Shown piece after piece: positions 1 to 10,460 of a stretch of DNA of 64,000 nt. The notes under the pieces are model-generated. The model did not search any database, was not told where the DNA came from, and was given only the letters and a program-made list of their open reading frames with translations. The DNA comes from Squalus acanthias. Taxonomy: Eukaryota. The stretch lies in the NCBI GenBank assembly GCA_030390025.1, contig CM059448.1, positions 10,106,001 through 10,170,000 on the forward strand, written 5' to 3'. The position numbers and the translations under genes are program-made. Numbering within the stretch: the stretch's first letter is position 1; every line of letters starts with the position of its first letter.

Positions 1-560
1 ACTATTTCATTGGAGGGGTTGAGCGGTGCGGTGACTTGGAACACCCACCCGCATCTCGTCTCCGGGACACGGGCCTGAATGTAGGCCAGACCAATGGGGG
101 GATTATCTCCTTTCTCTGAAGGCTGTAAGGTGTCTTGAGCAAAATGTATTTTTGAAATCTCAGCCCAGTTCCTCATAGATTAGAATCCGTAGTACAATGT
201 GGCCATAATTCATCACTTAATTGACAATAACTTGGTAAATCCACACAGAAAGGGAAGCAAAGCCCAGCAAGAAACACATTCTCAGCCAATGGAAAACCTT
301 ATGAGTTGACCTTTAAAAAGCCCTGGTGATATTACATGATTTCAAAATATAAATATGGCAGCATCTAAGGAAGCCAGTGCTGGCGGTGGGGGGTGGGGGG
401 GGGGGGGGGGGTGGAGAATCTTTGTCTGTGTCTCACAGTAATGGTTAAAAATTAGTTAAAAACAGTAGTACAATTCACACAAAATTCTACATCTACTGAG
501 TGTAAAGCTAAAGGTCGTTTTTTTTTTAAGTTCTTTGGACATGGACAACACTTACAAGGC

Positions 561-1131
561 TTACAAGTAAAGGTGACCCCGAGCTTCCGGTCGCCTGTCA
601 CTTTAATTCTCCGCTCCACTCCCACTCTGACCTCTCTGTCCTCGGCCTCTTGCACTGTTCCAACGAAGCTCAAGGAACAGCACCTCATTTTTCGATTAGG
701 TACTTTACAACCTTCTGGACTCAACATCGAGTTGAGCAATTTCAGACCATAACCTCGGCCCCTATTTTTTCACACTGCAGCTGTTGATGATTCTGCCATT
801 CCCATTTACACCTCATCTAGGCCCATCTTTTGCTTCTATACTTATTCCATTACCATCTCCTTTTGCTTTGTACTATCATACCTTTTGTCTTTTAATCTCT
901 CCTGCCTTCCACCCTATCACAGACCTTCCCTTTTGTTCTTTCCTGCCCTCCCACCTTTCCCTTGCTTAAAATCTGTTACATCTCTAACTTTTTCCAGTTC
1001 TGATGAAAGGTCATCGACCTGAAACGTTGACTCTGTTTCTCTCTCCACAGATGCTGCCTGACCGGCTGAGTATTTCCAGCATTTTCTGTTTTTATTTCCG
1101 ATTTCCAGCATCTGCCATATTTTGCTATTGT
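561..1131 (+). mobile_element. Penelope-like retroelement fragment (GIY-YIG C-terminus + pseudo-LTR with hammerhead motif)
   Basis: About 600-745 reads HFNSPLHSHSDLSVLGLLHCSNE/KLKEQHLIFRLGTLQPSGLNIE with a frameshift, typical of the Penelope GIY-YIG endonuclease end. Flanked by an 11-bp direct repeat acttacaaggc (550-560, 1132-1142). Confidence 0.85.
996..1032 (+). ncRNA. Minimal type I hammerhead ribozyme motif (family A)
   Basis: agtt-CTGATGA-a-aggtc-atc-gacct-GAAA-cg-tt-gact: intact core, 5-bp stem II, palindromic ACGT stem III, stem I aguu/gacu. Confidence 0.8.
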
Positions 1132-1851
1132 ACTTACAAGGCAGTATTTATTTCCCATCTCGAGTTGTCCTGAGGTGTGGGATATAGTGTGGGATTGGAG
1201 TCCCATGTAGGTCAGACTGGGTATGGATGGCAGGTTCCCTTCCCTGAAGGACATTAGTGAACCGGTTGGGTTTTTGCCATAATCTGGCAGCTTTCATGGT
1301 TAGTTTTTGTTTTCTGGTGCTTGCCCACAAATGACCAGATTTATTGGGTGCAGCTTTGAACTTCAGCGGGGACATAAAATGGGCAATTGCGGATCTGCCG
1401 CCTGTCAATAGAAGTGAAAATCGGGTGAAGTGTATGACGGGCAGCCGGTCTGATGTCACTCATTTTACCTCTCTGCCAAGTTTGAAAGTTCTAGCTGTTG
1501 AATTCAATGTGCTATCGATAGGATTTGAACTCCCAACCTCTGGGTTGCTAGTCTAGGAATATAAGCACCAGTATACCGTACTTTCATTATAAGCTGATCT
1601 TTCTGAAACTAAATACAAAAACATGCTTTTATTTTTATCGCACCTTTCAGAAATGTTCCAAAGCGCTTCACATGCAATGAATTACTTTGTCGTGAATGTT
1701 ATATAAGCAAATGTCACAAATCATATTAGCTGGCTGTTCGTCTCATTGCTGTTTGGTTATTCATTTCATTGCTCTTCACAGTCAGTCCGTTTTTTTGTAG
1801 TGGTGGTTGAGGGAGGAATATTGACCAGGGCACCTCCCTGTTCTTCTTCAA

Positions 1852-2220
1852 ATTGATAGAGGTGTTTAAAATCATGAAGGGTTTAGAGAGAGTAAATAAA
1901 GAGAAACTGTTTCCAATGGCTTAGGGGTCGATAACAAGAGGGCACAGATTGAAGGTGATTGGCAAAAGAACCAGAGGCGACATGAGGAAAAACTTTCTTA
2001 CACAACGAGTGGTTAGGATTTGGAATGCATTACCTGATAGGGTGGTGGAAACAGATTCTATAGCAGCATTCAAAAGGGAATTGGATAAATAGTTGAAGGA
2101 GAAAAAATTGCAGGGACATGGGGAAAGAGAGAGGCAGTGGGACTAACTGGATTGCTCTTCGAAAGAGCCGGCGCAGACTCGATGGGCTGAATGGCCTCCT
2201 TCTGTGCTGTACTATTCTAT
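1852..2220 (+). mobile_element. CR1 LINE 3' fragment
   Basis: LIEVFKIMKG...MRKNFLTQRVVRIWNALP RT C-terminus and CR1 3'UTR (ggctgaatggcctccttctgtgctgta...ttctat). Confidence 0.85.
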
Positions 2221-2320
2221 AGTGCCAAAGGATCTTTAACATCCATCTCAACCACCAGGCCATCCAAAGGGGGCAGCATCGCCATCAATGCAGCACTCCC
2301 TCACTGCTACAGCTAGATTA

Positions 2321-2466
2321 TGGAAGATAATTTTGACTTTGGGTGCTACTGCAAAATGGGCGATACTGGATCAGCTTCCCATTATAATTATTAATCGGGA
2401 GAGATGTATAACGGGCAGCTGATCCGATGTCACCCCTTCTGCACTCACACCCAAAATTACCTCCCA
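2321..2466. mobile_element. Palindromic Harbinger-type MITE (~146 bp)
   Basis: Imperfect TIRs tggaagataattt / aaattacctccca, internal inverted repeat ggatcagcttcccattata / tataacgggcagctgatcc, tta and taa flanks. A related degenerate copy lies at about 1345-1495. Confidence 0.6.
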
Positions 2467-4818
2467 TAATGTAAGGCCATGGAATGGGGCTTGAACCCAC
2501 AACCACTTGATTCCAAGGTGAGAATGCTACCAGCTAAGTCAAGTTGACAGTCCAAAAGGATCCCACGATTAAATTCCTGAACGGAACAATGAGAAACCTT
2601 CACTCGCGATGCTGCAGCACTAATCCTTTTCATCATACATTGGTAGTGAAGAAACACGAAGAGTAAACATATCAGAAAGAGGCAGGTCACGATGAGATCA
2701 GCAAAATTAAAAGGTAAAATAGTTTCACTGTAAGGTGTGATGATTAAGGCAAAATCCATGAGTAAAGGTACGAATCGCAAACCTCAAATTCTGACAAATG
2801 ATGGATCCAAAATTAATATTATAATTGGAATCCATCAATACTTCCAGTATTAAATAAATACCTTCCATATTATTATAAAGTTAAACTTTCTCTCCCTCTT
2901 AACAATGGACTGGGTTGAATCTCCGTTTGAATGTATAACTTCATTCAGTGAAACAACTCGTACAAAGTAAAGGGGAGTTGTCGTACTTTTCACGATAAAA
3001 ATTCCCCACCTAATCAACAGTCTCCCCTCCTCTCCCAAAGGCTGGGGTATAGTCACCCATGCCCCAGGACACCCAAAGTTGCCATTATTCAGATGTGAGC
3101 CTTGAAAGTAACTTTTGACAAGCTATTCAACCACGGGGGGTGGGGGTAGGATCACAATCAAGTTCGAGCCTCCCCTCATCCAACATCCACCCGTTGCACA
3201 TTTTTCAGCACGACTCATTGCGCAGAGAATGAAAATGAGAATTGTTGCTGATTTCCCCTTCCCAGCCGAGGGCACGTCATGACCCCCGGGTCTGCAGGCC
3301 CTGTTTCCACCTCAGTCAGGCTCAGCTTACTCTACAAGGCTCAGTTCCACACTGGGCAGTTGCACTTACCGACTGAACCAGCGGGCAACAAAATAGAGGC
3401 AGGCTTTTGATTTCTTTTTCAGCCAAGAGTTGTATGAGTGATCCATTAGCCGTTGAAATAACAAGAAGTTGTTAGCTGAGGGATTTCCTATTGTTGTTTT
3501 ACGAGGTACTGCAGAACTATGCTAGCAGATCAATTCGATTCAAAGATCATAGAGCAGCCATGGAAGTCATACGAGTGAGGTGTATTCTGTGTGATTGAAT
3601 GGGGAATCAGTGAACCGTAACTGATACATTCACTGGGATTCAATAGCGCAAGTTTGTTTTTTACTTGACTGCATGTATTAGAAACATCACATAGCTCTGA
3701 ATAATACTACTGAACTCTCTCAGCATCTGTGTGGCCAGAGCTACCGTCCTGTCAATAATGTCTTTTCCTCCACTTGATCCACAATAAATGCAAATAAATA
3801 ACGCACATTGTGCAATTTCTGTCTCATTTCAAGTGGGAGATAGACTTAGCCAATATTCTCTGAGTCTGAGTTATAGAGTTCTTCTCACCTATAAAATAAG
3901 GCAGATTATATTCTTTACTATGTATTATCCTTTGTATCTGTGTTGCAAAGTGACAGCATCTTTCATGTTGAGCTGCAAAGCTATCCTTTAGTGAAAGCTG
4001 CATGTGCGCCTTCATTCTTTTATCTCAGCTTTCCAATTCAAGTATGTTTAATGTTGGTTGTGGCAAGAATGATCTTTACAATGCTAAAGGGAAGATCACC
4101 GTTGGTGTACAGGATCTGTAAAGGCCAGTATTATAGTCCAGACCGCATTTTAAACAACATAATGTAGAACAGGCAAGGGCTGTCCACAACGCTTCTCTGT
4201 CTTCACTTGTGCTGCGATGGTTTGTTGGAAAATGTTGGATGTTCCAAAGCAGAACTATATGGAAGTAGGCTCGGATTACAATCCTAATTCTTTTTTAAAT
4301 TATCCACTGTTCCTGTTTGCTCCTTTCAATAACCGCTTCCCCTCTTGTATCCTCTTCCGGTTAGGAGGATATGTAGCCTACATTCCCATTTTCTACAATT
4401 GAACAGTAAAAGACTTGATTCAAGTACAGTACAATGGGCAATTGCAGTTTTCCACTCCTACCCCACCACCCCCCAAAAGTGTGTTATAGGGGGTCCTCCA
4501 GCATGTGGTCCGACAAGCAGAATCCTGTCCTACAGTCTATGGGCTGGATTTTGTCTTGGGGTCGGGTTGGGGTCATGTTACCCACATTTCGTGTTGCCCC
4601 CCCCGACTCCAGATTAATGTGGATTAATGATGCGATTTTAACTTAATTGGCCAATTGAGTTCCCACATGTGGGAACCCATGGCCAATGAGTTATTCCAGT
4701 CTGAAAGTCGCCTCCGATGACGTCATCATTGCTGCTGCATTTAAGGTCTGCAGCAAGCCTTGCTTCCTCTGCAGGCTGCCAAGCTTTTGGACCTGTAATC
4801 TCAGCACCTGCAGCAGGA

Positions 4819-6738
4819 ATGGCCAGCCAATGGCCCAGGGCTGCTCCCAGGTTCCATGATGTTGCCCTTCAGGCTTTGGTAGATGGAGCAAGAGCCAACA
4901 AGGAGGTGCTCTTCCCCTCCTCAGGGAGGAAGAAGCCTCCCCAGCAGACAAAGGCTGTGTGGGTCCAGATCGCCCAGGAGGTCACCTCTTTATCTCTGAC
5001 AAGCAGAACCTGGATCCAGTGCAGGAAGAGGTTTCATGACCTTCTACGTACTGCTAGAGTATGACTTTCCCTTCACCCTCAATCTGATCCCCATTGCCTC
5101 TCCTCACCAGCACTCAGCTTTAGCAACCTCTTCCTCCATATCCCACTTGACACTGACATCCATGCACCCTTACCCATTCCCTCTCCCTATATGGTCACAT
5201 TCACCTTACTATTCCACTATGCAGCCCTCACACTCCCTATCACTGTCATGCTATGAAAACAACTTACAACACACAGGGAGGGCCCTTGGTCTTGCCACCT
5301 CACTCCATCTTTGTCTCCTTCTAAGCATCTATGCTATGGACTCTCTACACTCACTCCTTCAATCTCACTCAAACTCCACTTGTCTCCCTCATTGCAGGAA
5401 AATTGAGCTCACAATAAAAGAGAAAGAGCCAGGACAGGAGGAGGCCCACCCTCATTAGCCCAGCTCACCCCCTGGTAGGAGGCAGTCCTGGAGATCGTGG
5501 GCGTCCAGGAGGAAACGCAAGTGGGGGACGGACAGACGGGTGCAGCAGAGGAAGCTGGTGACTGAATAGTGTTCCATCTCTCTCATTGACATTGCATGAG
5601 TCGCTGATAATGAATCTGAAGCTCTAACAGATGGATTTATGATCATCTGCAATATGCAATGTGCATGTAACCTTGGCATCACATCTCTGACTCTTTCCTT
5701 TACTCCCCCACAGGACCATCGCAAGCACCCATCCCCCCTAGCCAGGAGGACCAGCCTGAGCAGACAGACTCCTCAGAGGAAGCTGCAACCTCTGAGGGCG
5801 CAGCGTCAGCAGAACTAAGTGCACCCAGCACCAGCGCAGACACTCACACCTCGGTGGGACCCTCGGGACATAGAGTAGTGTTGTCACCTGGTGTATCACA
5901 GCTCACAAGTGAGCATCAGCAGATGGTGGAGACAGGGACAGCAGTGGAGAGTCCTAGTAGGAGGGCGCAGGACTCCCCTAGCTCGGCTCAGCTGCATGTC
6001 GACCCTCTGCCTCTGGGGCCATCCATAAGATCAGCGGTGCTGGGACTCCAGGAACAGATGCAGGAGTCTCTGACAGGTTTTATCTCCAGGGTCGCTGCGA
6101 GTGTGGAGCGAATGGAGGAGTCCATAGCGAACATGAGCAGAGCCTTTGTGGAGTCATTGGCGCATGAACGCATCACCATGGAAAGGATGGCAACCTCCAT
6201 GGAGGTGATAAGTCGCCAGAGTGCAGAAAACATGGTTATTGTTCTGAATAGAATGCCATCTCTGGAGGAGCGATGGTCATCTATTGAACAGAGAAACAAG
6301 ACCTTCATGGAAGTCCTTCTGAGTAGGACTTCCAGTGCAGATACGGGTCCCCATGGCCCCCCTGATGTGCAGCAAGGTGCTCTCAAGCCACTTGCAAGCA
6401 CGGAGGTGGACCTGACCCATGAGAGGGATGTTGGTGGCACACAACAAGGAGGTGGGGGCATCTCTCCAAGCGCTCACACTTCCATGCCACTAACAGGTCC
6501 TCGCTCAGAGCCCCATCAGAGTCCGCACCCAAGTGAGATCGGCGTCTCAACCCCTGCCCAGCCGCAGGAGCAGCAGACTGTTGCCGAGCCCTCTCAGGTT
6601 CGCAACCCCAGAGGACGCCCACCAAAGGAGTCGAGACAGGAGCAGCAACAAAGTGAGCAGGGGGCCTCCACTTCTGCTGAAGCCACAGGGGAAGCACCAC
6701 GTCGGAGCACGCGTAAGAGAAAGAAACTGCACAAATAG
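4819..6738 (+). pseudogene. Harbinger Myb/SANT-like DNA-binding partner gene (MSANTD/NAIF1-like), 3 exons, two premature stops
   Basis: Exon 1 4819-5058 (MASQWPRAAPRFHD...W..IA..V...RTWIQCRKRFHDL trihelix). Exon 2 5398-5557 (EN*AHNKRERARTGGGPP...W*EAVLEIVG; TGA 5404-5406, TAG 5476-5478). Exon 3 5714-6738 ends RRSTRKRKKLHK. GT-AG introns keep the frame; AATAAA near 6805. Confidence 0.85.
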
Positions 6739-6995
6739 TCACAAGGGTAGTCACTTGGGTGAATTTTGATGTGTATTGTTAAGAAGCCATCAGGTCTAAA
6801 GTGTAAATAAAAACTCTGATGGCTACAGCTGCAGTTGTGGCGTCTGTCATTTCGCTAATGGGACTTCCACAATGAGGCCTTAGGATAACTTGCAATTGTC
6901 AGTATGGTGGTCACATTGTTAGGGATCCGCTGGGTCTAGGCCATTGTCGTAGCTCTGGTAAGAAGCTGCGAGGCATAAGTGCTTTCTTGTCTAGG

Positions 6996-8255
6996 CTAAG
7001 CAAATCTGGCCAAGATGAGTGCGTTCCTTGCATTCCGGGCAGCTATGGTCTCGCGTAATGCTGCCGCTGGTTGAGGGGCCTCTGCAACTTGTTCGTTCTC
7101 TCTCTCCTCCTCCTCCTCCTCCTCCTCATCTGAGGAGGCTATGTGAGGAGCCACTTGGTCCTCCGGCATCTGTAAGCCATGACGCTGTGCCATGTTGTGA
7201 AGTGCACAGCAAACCACGACGATTCTGGAGACCCTGGCTGCTGAGTATTGCAGGGCTCCACCTGATCTATCCAGGCATCTGAAGCGCATCTTCAGCATAC
7301 CGATGGTTTGCTCGATTATGGATCTGGTGGAAATGTGGCTGGAGTTGTAGCTCTCCTCAGCTGCGTTGGATGGGCTCCTCAACGGCGTCATCAGCCACGT
7401 CCTCAGGGGATAGCCCTTGTCTCCAAGTAGCCATCCGTGAAGTTGGTCTGGCGGACTGAATAGCGGAGGCACACTAGACTGGCGCAGTATGAAGGAGTCA
7501 TGGCAACTGCCAGGGTACTTGGCACAAACATGCAGAACTTCCTTGTTGTGGTCACACACCAGCTGAACATTGAGGGAGTGGAAGCCCTTGCGGTTGACAA
7601 AAATACCTGGATTGCGATGGGGTGCCTTAAGGGCCACATGTGTGCAGTCAACGACGCCCTGCACCCTTGGAAAGCCTGCCAGATTAGCTAATCCAACCGC
7701 ACGCGCTGTGACACTTGCTCGATCCTTGGTGAAATGGATGTGATTGTGCGCGATGGCAAAGAGGGCATCGGTTACCTGCGTGATGCAGGTGTGTGCGGCC
7801 GCCTGTGAGATGCTGCTGATGTCTGCTGCTGATCCCTGGAATGAGCCTGAGGCAAAAAAGTTGAGTGCGGTGGTGACTTTGACGGCCACTGGTAAGGGGC
7901 ATCCACCTGGTCCTCTGGGCTCCAGGTCTTGTTGCAGCATTGCACAGATGTCACCCACTACCTCTCGCGAAAGTCGGAGCCGCCTTTGGCACTGCTGCTC
8001 AGACATGTTGAGGTAGCTGACCCTCTGTCTGTAGACCCTGTTTGGGGGGTATCTCCTGCGCCGACGGCCTTCCATGCGCAGGCCCCTTCTGTCCTGTGCA
8101 GCTTCAGGTGGGTGAGCAGCAGCTTGGCGCTCCTGCTGTTGCTGCTGCTGTTGCTGCTGCTGTTGGTGGTGCTGTTGTTCATGGTTCTGCTGGTGCCGCG
8201 GCTGCTGTTCCTCCTCATCAGATATCCAGGAGGGAAGGAAATAAATGGCTCCCAT
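6996..8255 (-). CDS. Harbinger DDE transposase (HARBI1-like), open ORF of about 419 aa
   Basis: Motifs [73 protein letters not shown] at 8255, N-terminal polyQ, acidic C-terminal tract. Confidence 0.93.
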   Translation of the reverse strand: MGAIYFLPSWISDEEEQQPRHQQNHEQQHHQQQQQQQQQQQERQAAAHPPEAAQDRRGLRMEGRRRRRYPPNRVYRQRVSYLNMSEQQCQRRLRLSREVVGDICAMLQQDLEPRGPGGCPLPVAVKVTTALNFFASGSFQGSAADISSISQAAAHTCITQVTDALFAIAHNHIHFTKDRASVTARAVGLANLAGFPRVQGVVDCTHVALKAPHRNPGIFVNRKGFHSLNVQLVCDHNKEVLHVCAKYPGSCHDSFILRQSSVPPLFSPPDQLHGWLLGDKGYPLRTWLMTPLRSPSNAAEESYNSSHISTRSIIEQTIGMLKMRFRCLDRSGGALQYSAARVSRIVVVCCALHNMAQRHGLQMPEDQVAPHIASSDEEEEEEEERENEQVAEAPQPAAALRETIAARNARNALILARFA

Positions 8256-8450
8256 GCCTCTGGTATATGTCTCAGTTGAGGAAGCCCTCAATGAGGGTGG
8301 CGAGAGGGGTTTCCCAGGAGGTCACACTGCAGATGGGTGTCAGGCTCCAAACTTCCAGAGCTGTGGTTATGCCTTCTAAAAGTTCCCCCAGACCTGTTAC
8401 AACAAAGTCCTGCCACCTGCAATTGATGGCTGATCAAATCTCCTATTTAA

Positions 8451-10117
8451 ACATAGAAACATAGAAGATAGGAGCAGGAGTAGGCCATTCGGCCCCTCGA
8501 GCCTGCTCCGCCATTCGATGAGATCATGGCTGATCATCCAAACTCAGTACCCTGTACCTGCCTTCTCCCCATATCCCTTGATACCTTTAGCTTTAAGAAA
8601 TATATCTAACTCATCCTTGAATATATTTAATGACTTCGCCTCAACTACCTTCTGTGGTAGAGAATTCCACAGGTTCACCACTCTCTGGGTGAAGAAATTC
8701 TTCCTCATTTCTGTCCTAAATGGTTTACCCGTTATCCGTAGATTATGACCCCTGGTTCTGGACTCTCCGATCATCGGGAACATTCTTCCTGCATCTAGTT
8801 TGTCCAGACCTGTCAGAATTTTATATGTTTCGATGAGATCCCCTCTCATTCTTCTATACTCCAGTGAGTATAAGCCCAATCGACCCAATCTCTCCTCATA
8901 TGTCATTCCTGCCATCCCAGGTATCAGCCTTGTGAATCTTCGCTGAACTCCTTCCATGGCAAGAACATCCTTCCTCAGATAAGGTGACCAAAACTGCACA
9001 CAGTACTCAAGGTGTGGTCTCACCAAGGCCCTGTACAACTGCAGCAGGACATCCCTGTTCCTATACTCAAACCCTTTCGCTATGAAGGCCAACATGCCAT
9101 TTGCCTTCTTCACCGCCTGCTGCACCTGCATGCTTACTTTCAGCGACTGGTGCACAAGGACACCCAGGTCTCGTTGCACTTCCCCTTCTCCCAATCTATT
9201 GCCATTCAGATAATAGTCTGCCTTTCTGTTTTTGACACCAAAGTGGATAACCTCGCACTTATCCACGTTATATTGCATCTGCCACGCTTCTGCCCACTCA
9301 CCCAACCTGTCCAAATCATCCTGGAGTTTCTCGGTATCCTCCTCGCAGCACACACTCCCACCCAGCTTTGTGTCATCTGCAAACTTGGAGATATTACATT
9401 TAATTCCCTTATCTAGATCATTAATGTATATTGTGAATAGCTGGGGTCCAAGGACCGATCCCTGCGGTACCCCACTAGTCACTGCTTGCCACTCGGAAAA
9501 AGACCCATTAATTCCTACTCTCTGCTTTCTGTCCGCCAACCAGTTCTCTATCCAAGTCAATACCTTGCCCCCAATCCCATGTGCCTTAACTTTACACGCT
9601 AATCTCTCATGCGGGACCTTATCGAAAGCCTTTTGAAAGTCCAAATACACCACATCTACTGGTTCTCCCTTATCCATTTTCCCAGTTACATCCTCAAAAA
9701 ATTCCAGTAGATTAGTCAAGCACGATTTACCTTTTGTAAATCCATGTTCACTTTGTCCGATCCTGTCACTGTTTTTCAAGTGCTCAGCTATTACATCCTT
9801 TATAATGGACTCTAGCATTTTCCCCACTACCGATGTCAGGCTTACCGGTCTGTAATTCCCCGCTTTCTCTCTACCACCCTTTTTGAATAGTGGGGTAACA
9901 TTAGCTACCCTCCAATCCATGGGTACAGTTCCAGATTCCATCGAATGTTGGAAGATGATCAGCAATGCATCTATTATTTCTAGGGCCACTTCCTTAAGTA
10001 CCCTAGGATGTAGATTATCAGGCCCTGGGGATTTATCGGCCTTCAATACCGTCAATTTCCCTAACACCATTTCCCTGCAAATACTGATTTCTTTCAGTTC
10101 CTCCCTTTCATCAGACC
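8451..10117 (-). mobile_element. 5'-truncated CR1 LINE inserted in the Harbinger
   Basis: Open RT ORF 8544-10070, CR1 3'UTR and short tandem tail (acatagaaacatagaa) at 8451-8466. Confidence 0.93.
8544..10070 (-). CDS. CR1 ORF2 reverse transcriptase domain (5'-truncated, no endonuclease)
   Basis: KSPGPD, NYRPVSLTS, YLDFQKAFDKVPH, GVPQGSVLGP, KFADD; 508 aa with no stop. Confidence 0.9.
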   Translation of the reverse strand: MVLGKLTVLKADKSPGPDNLHPRVLKEVALEIIDALLIIFQHSMESGTVPMDWRVANVTPLFKKGGREKAGNYRPVSLTSVVGKMLESIIKDVIAEHLKNSDRIGQSEHGFTKGKSCLTNLLEFFEDVTGKMDKGEPVDVVYLDFQKAFDKVPHERLACKVKAHGIGGKVLTWIENWLADRKQRVGINGSFSEWQAVTSGVPQGSVLGPQLFTIYINDLDKGIKCNISKFADDTKLGGSVCCEEDTEKLQDDLDRLGEWAEAWQMQYNVDKCEVIHFGVKNRKADYYLNGNRLGEGEVQRDLGVLVHQSLKVSMQVQQAVKKANGMLAFIAKGFEYRNRDVLLQLYRALVRPHLEYCVQFWSPYLRKDVLAMEGVQRRFTRLIPGMAGMTYEERLGRLGLYSLEYRRMRGDLIETYKILTGLDKLDAGRMFPMIGESRTRGHNLRITGKPFRTEMRKNFFTQRVVNLWNSLPQKVVEAKSLNIFKDELDIFLKAKGIKGYGEKAGTGY

Positions 10118-10460
10118 GTCAAAGGTTGAGCTGCAGCTGATAGTCAGCAATCCACTTGTGCTCCCGCCAGGTTTCACTGGAGTGTTTCCCATCAGGCGTG
10201 CTTCACATGGGAAAAGGGTTAAAGTACCTAAAATGGTTCAAAATGGCATTACTGAGCCACTTTAGGGATTGTTAAGAGCGTTAATGGCCTTTCGCGCCTC
10301 TTGGAGGCGGGACGGAGTCGGGAACCCCGCGACCCATTTTGTCAAAATTGCGTGGAGGCGTGTTGGTGTCGGGATGGGGTCGGGACCCCCGAATCTGCTA
10401 CTTTAACCCCCCCCCACGCCTCCAAACCCGACTCCACGGGGCATTCAAAATCCAGCCCTA

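Larger units (their letters stand above)
1620..2550 (-). mobile_element. Degenerate Deu-domain tRNA SINE interrupted by a CR1 3' fragment and a MITE
   Basis: tRNA-like head near 2480-2550 (rc of cttgaacccacaacc), SINE body motifs at 2230-2320 and 1620-1850; homologous to the copy at 60113-60562. Confidence 0.6.
4541..10458. mobile_element. Full-length Harbinger (PIF/Harbinger) DNA transposon with nested CR1
   Basis: Perfect 13-bp TIRs gggctggattttg (4541-4553) / caaaatccagccc (10446-10458), 3-bp flanks tat/taa, convergent Myb-like and transposase genes, subterminal gtcggg motifs at both ends. Confidence 0.93.

Noticed and set aside
383-413. G-quadruplex-like poly-G tract (also near 24700 and 48575)
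   Set aside because: Simple homopolymer tracts are frequent here and prone to sequencing length error; no functional context.
6996-8255. Domesticated host gene HARBI1
   Set aside because: It lies between intact TIRs with its Myb partner and has no introns, so it is a transposon copy. No gene symbol was given.
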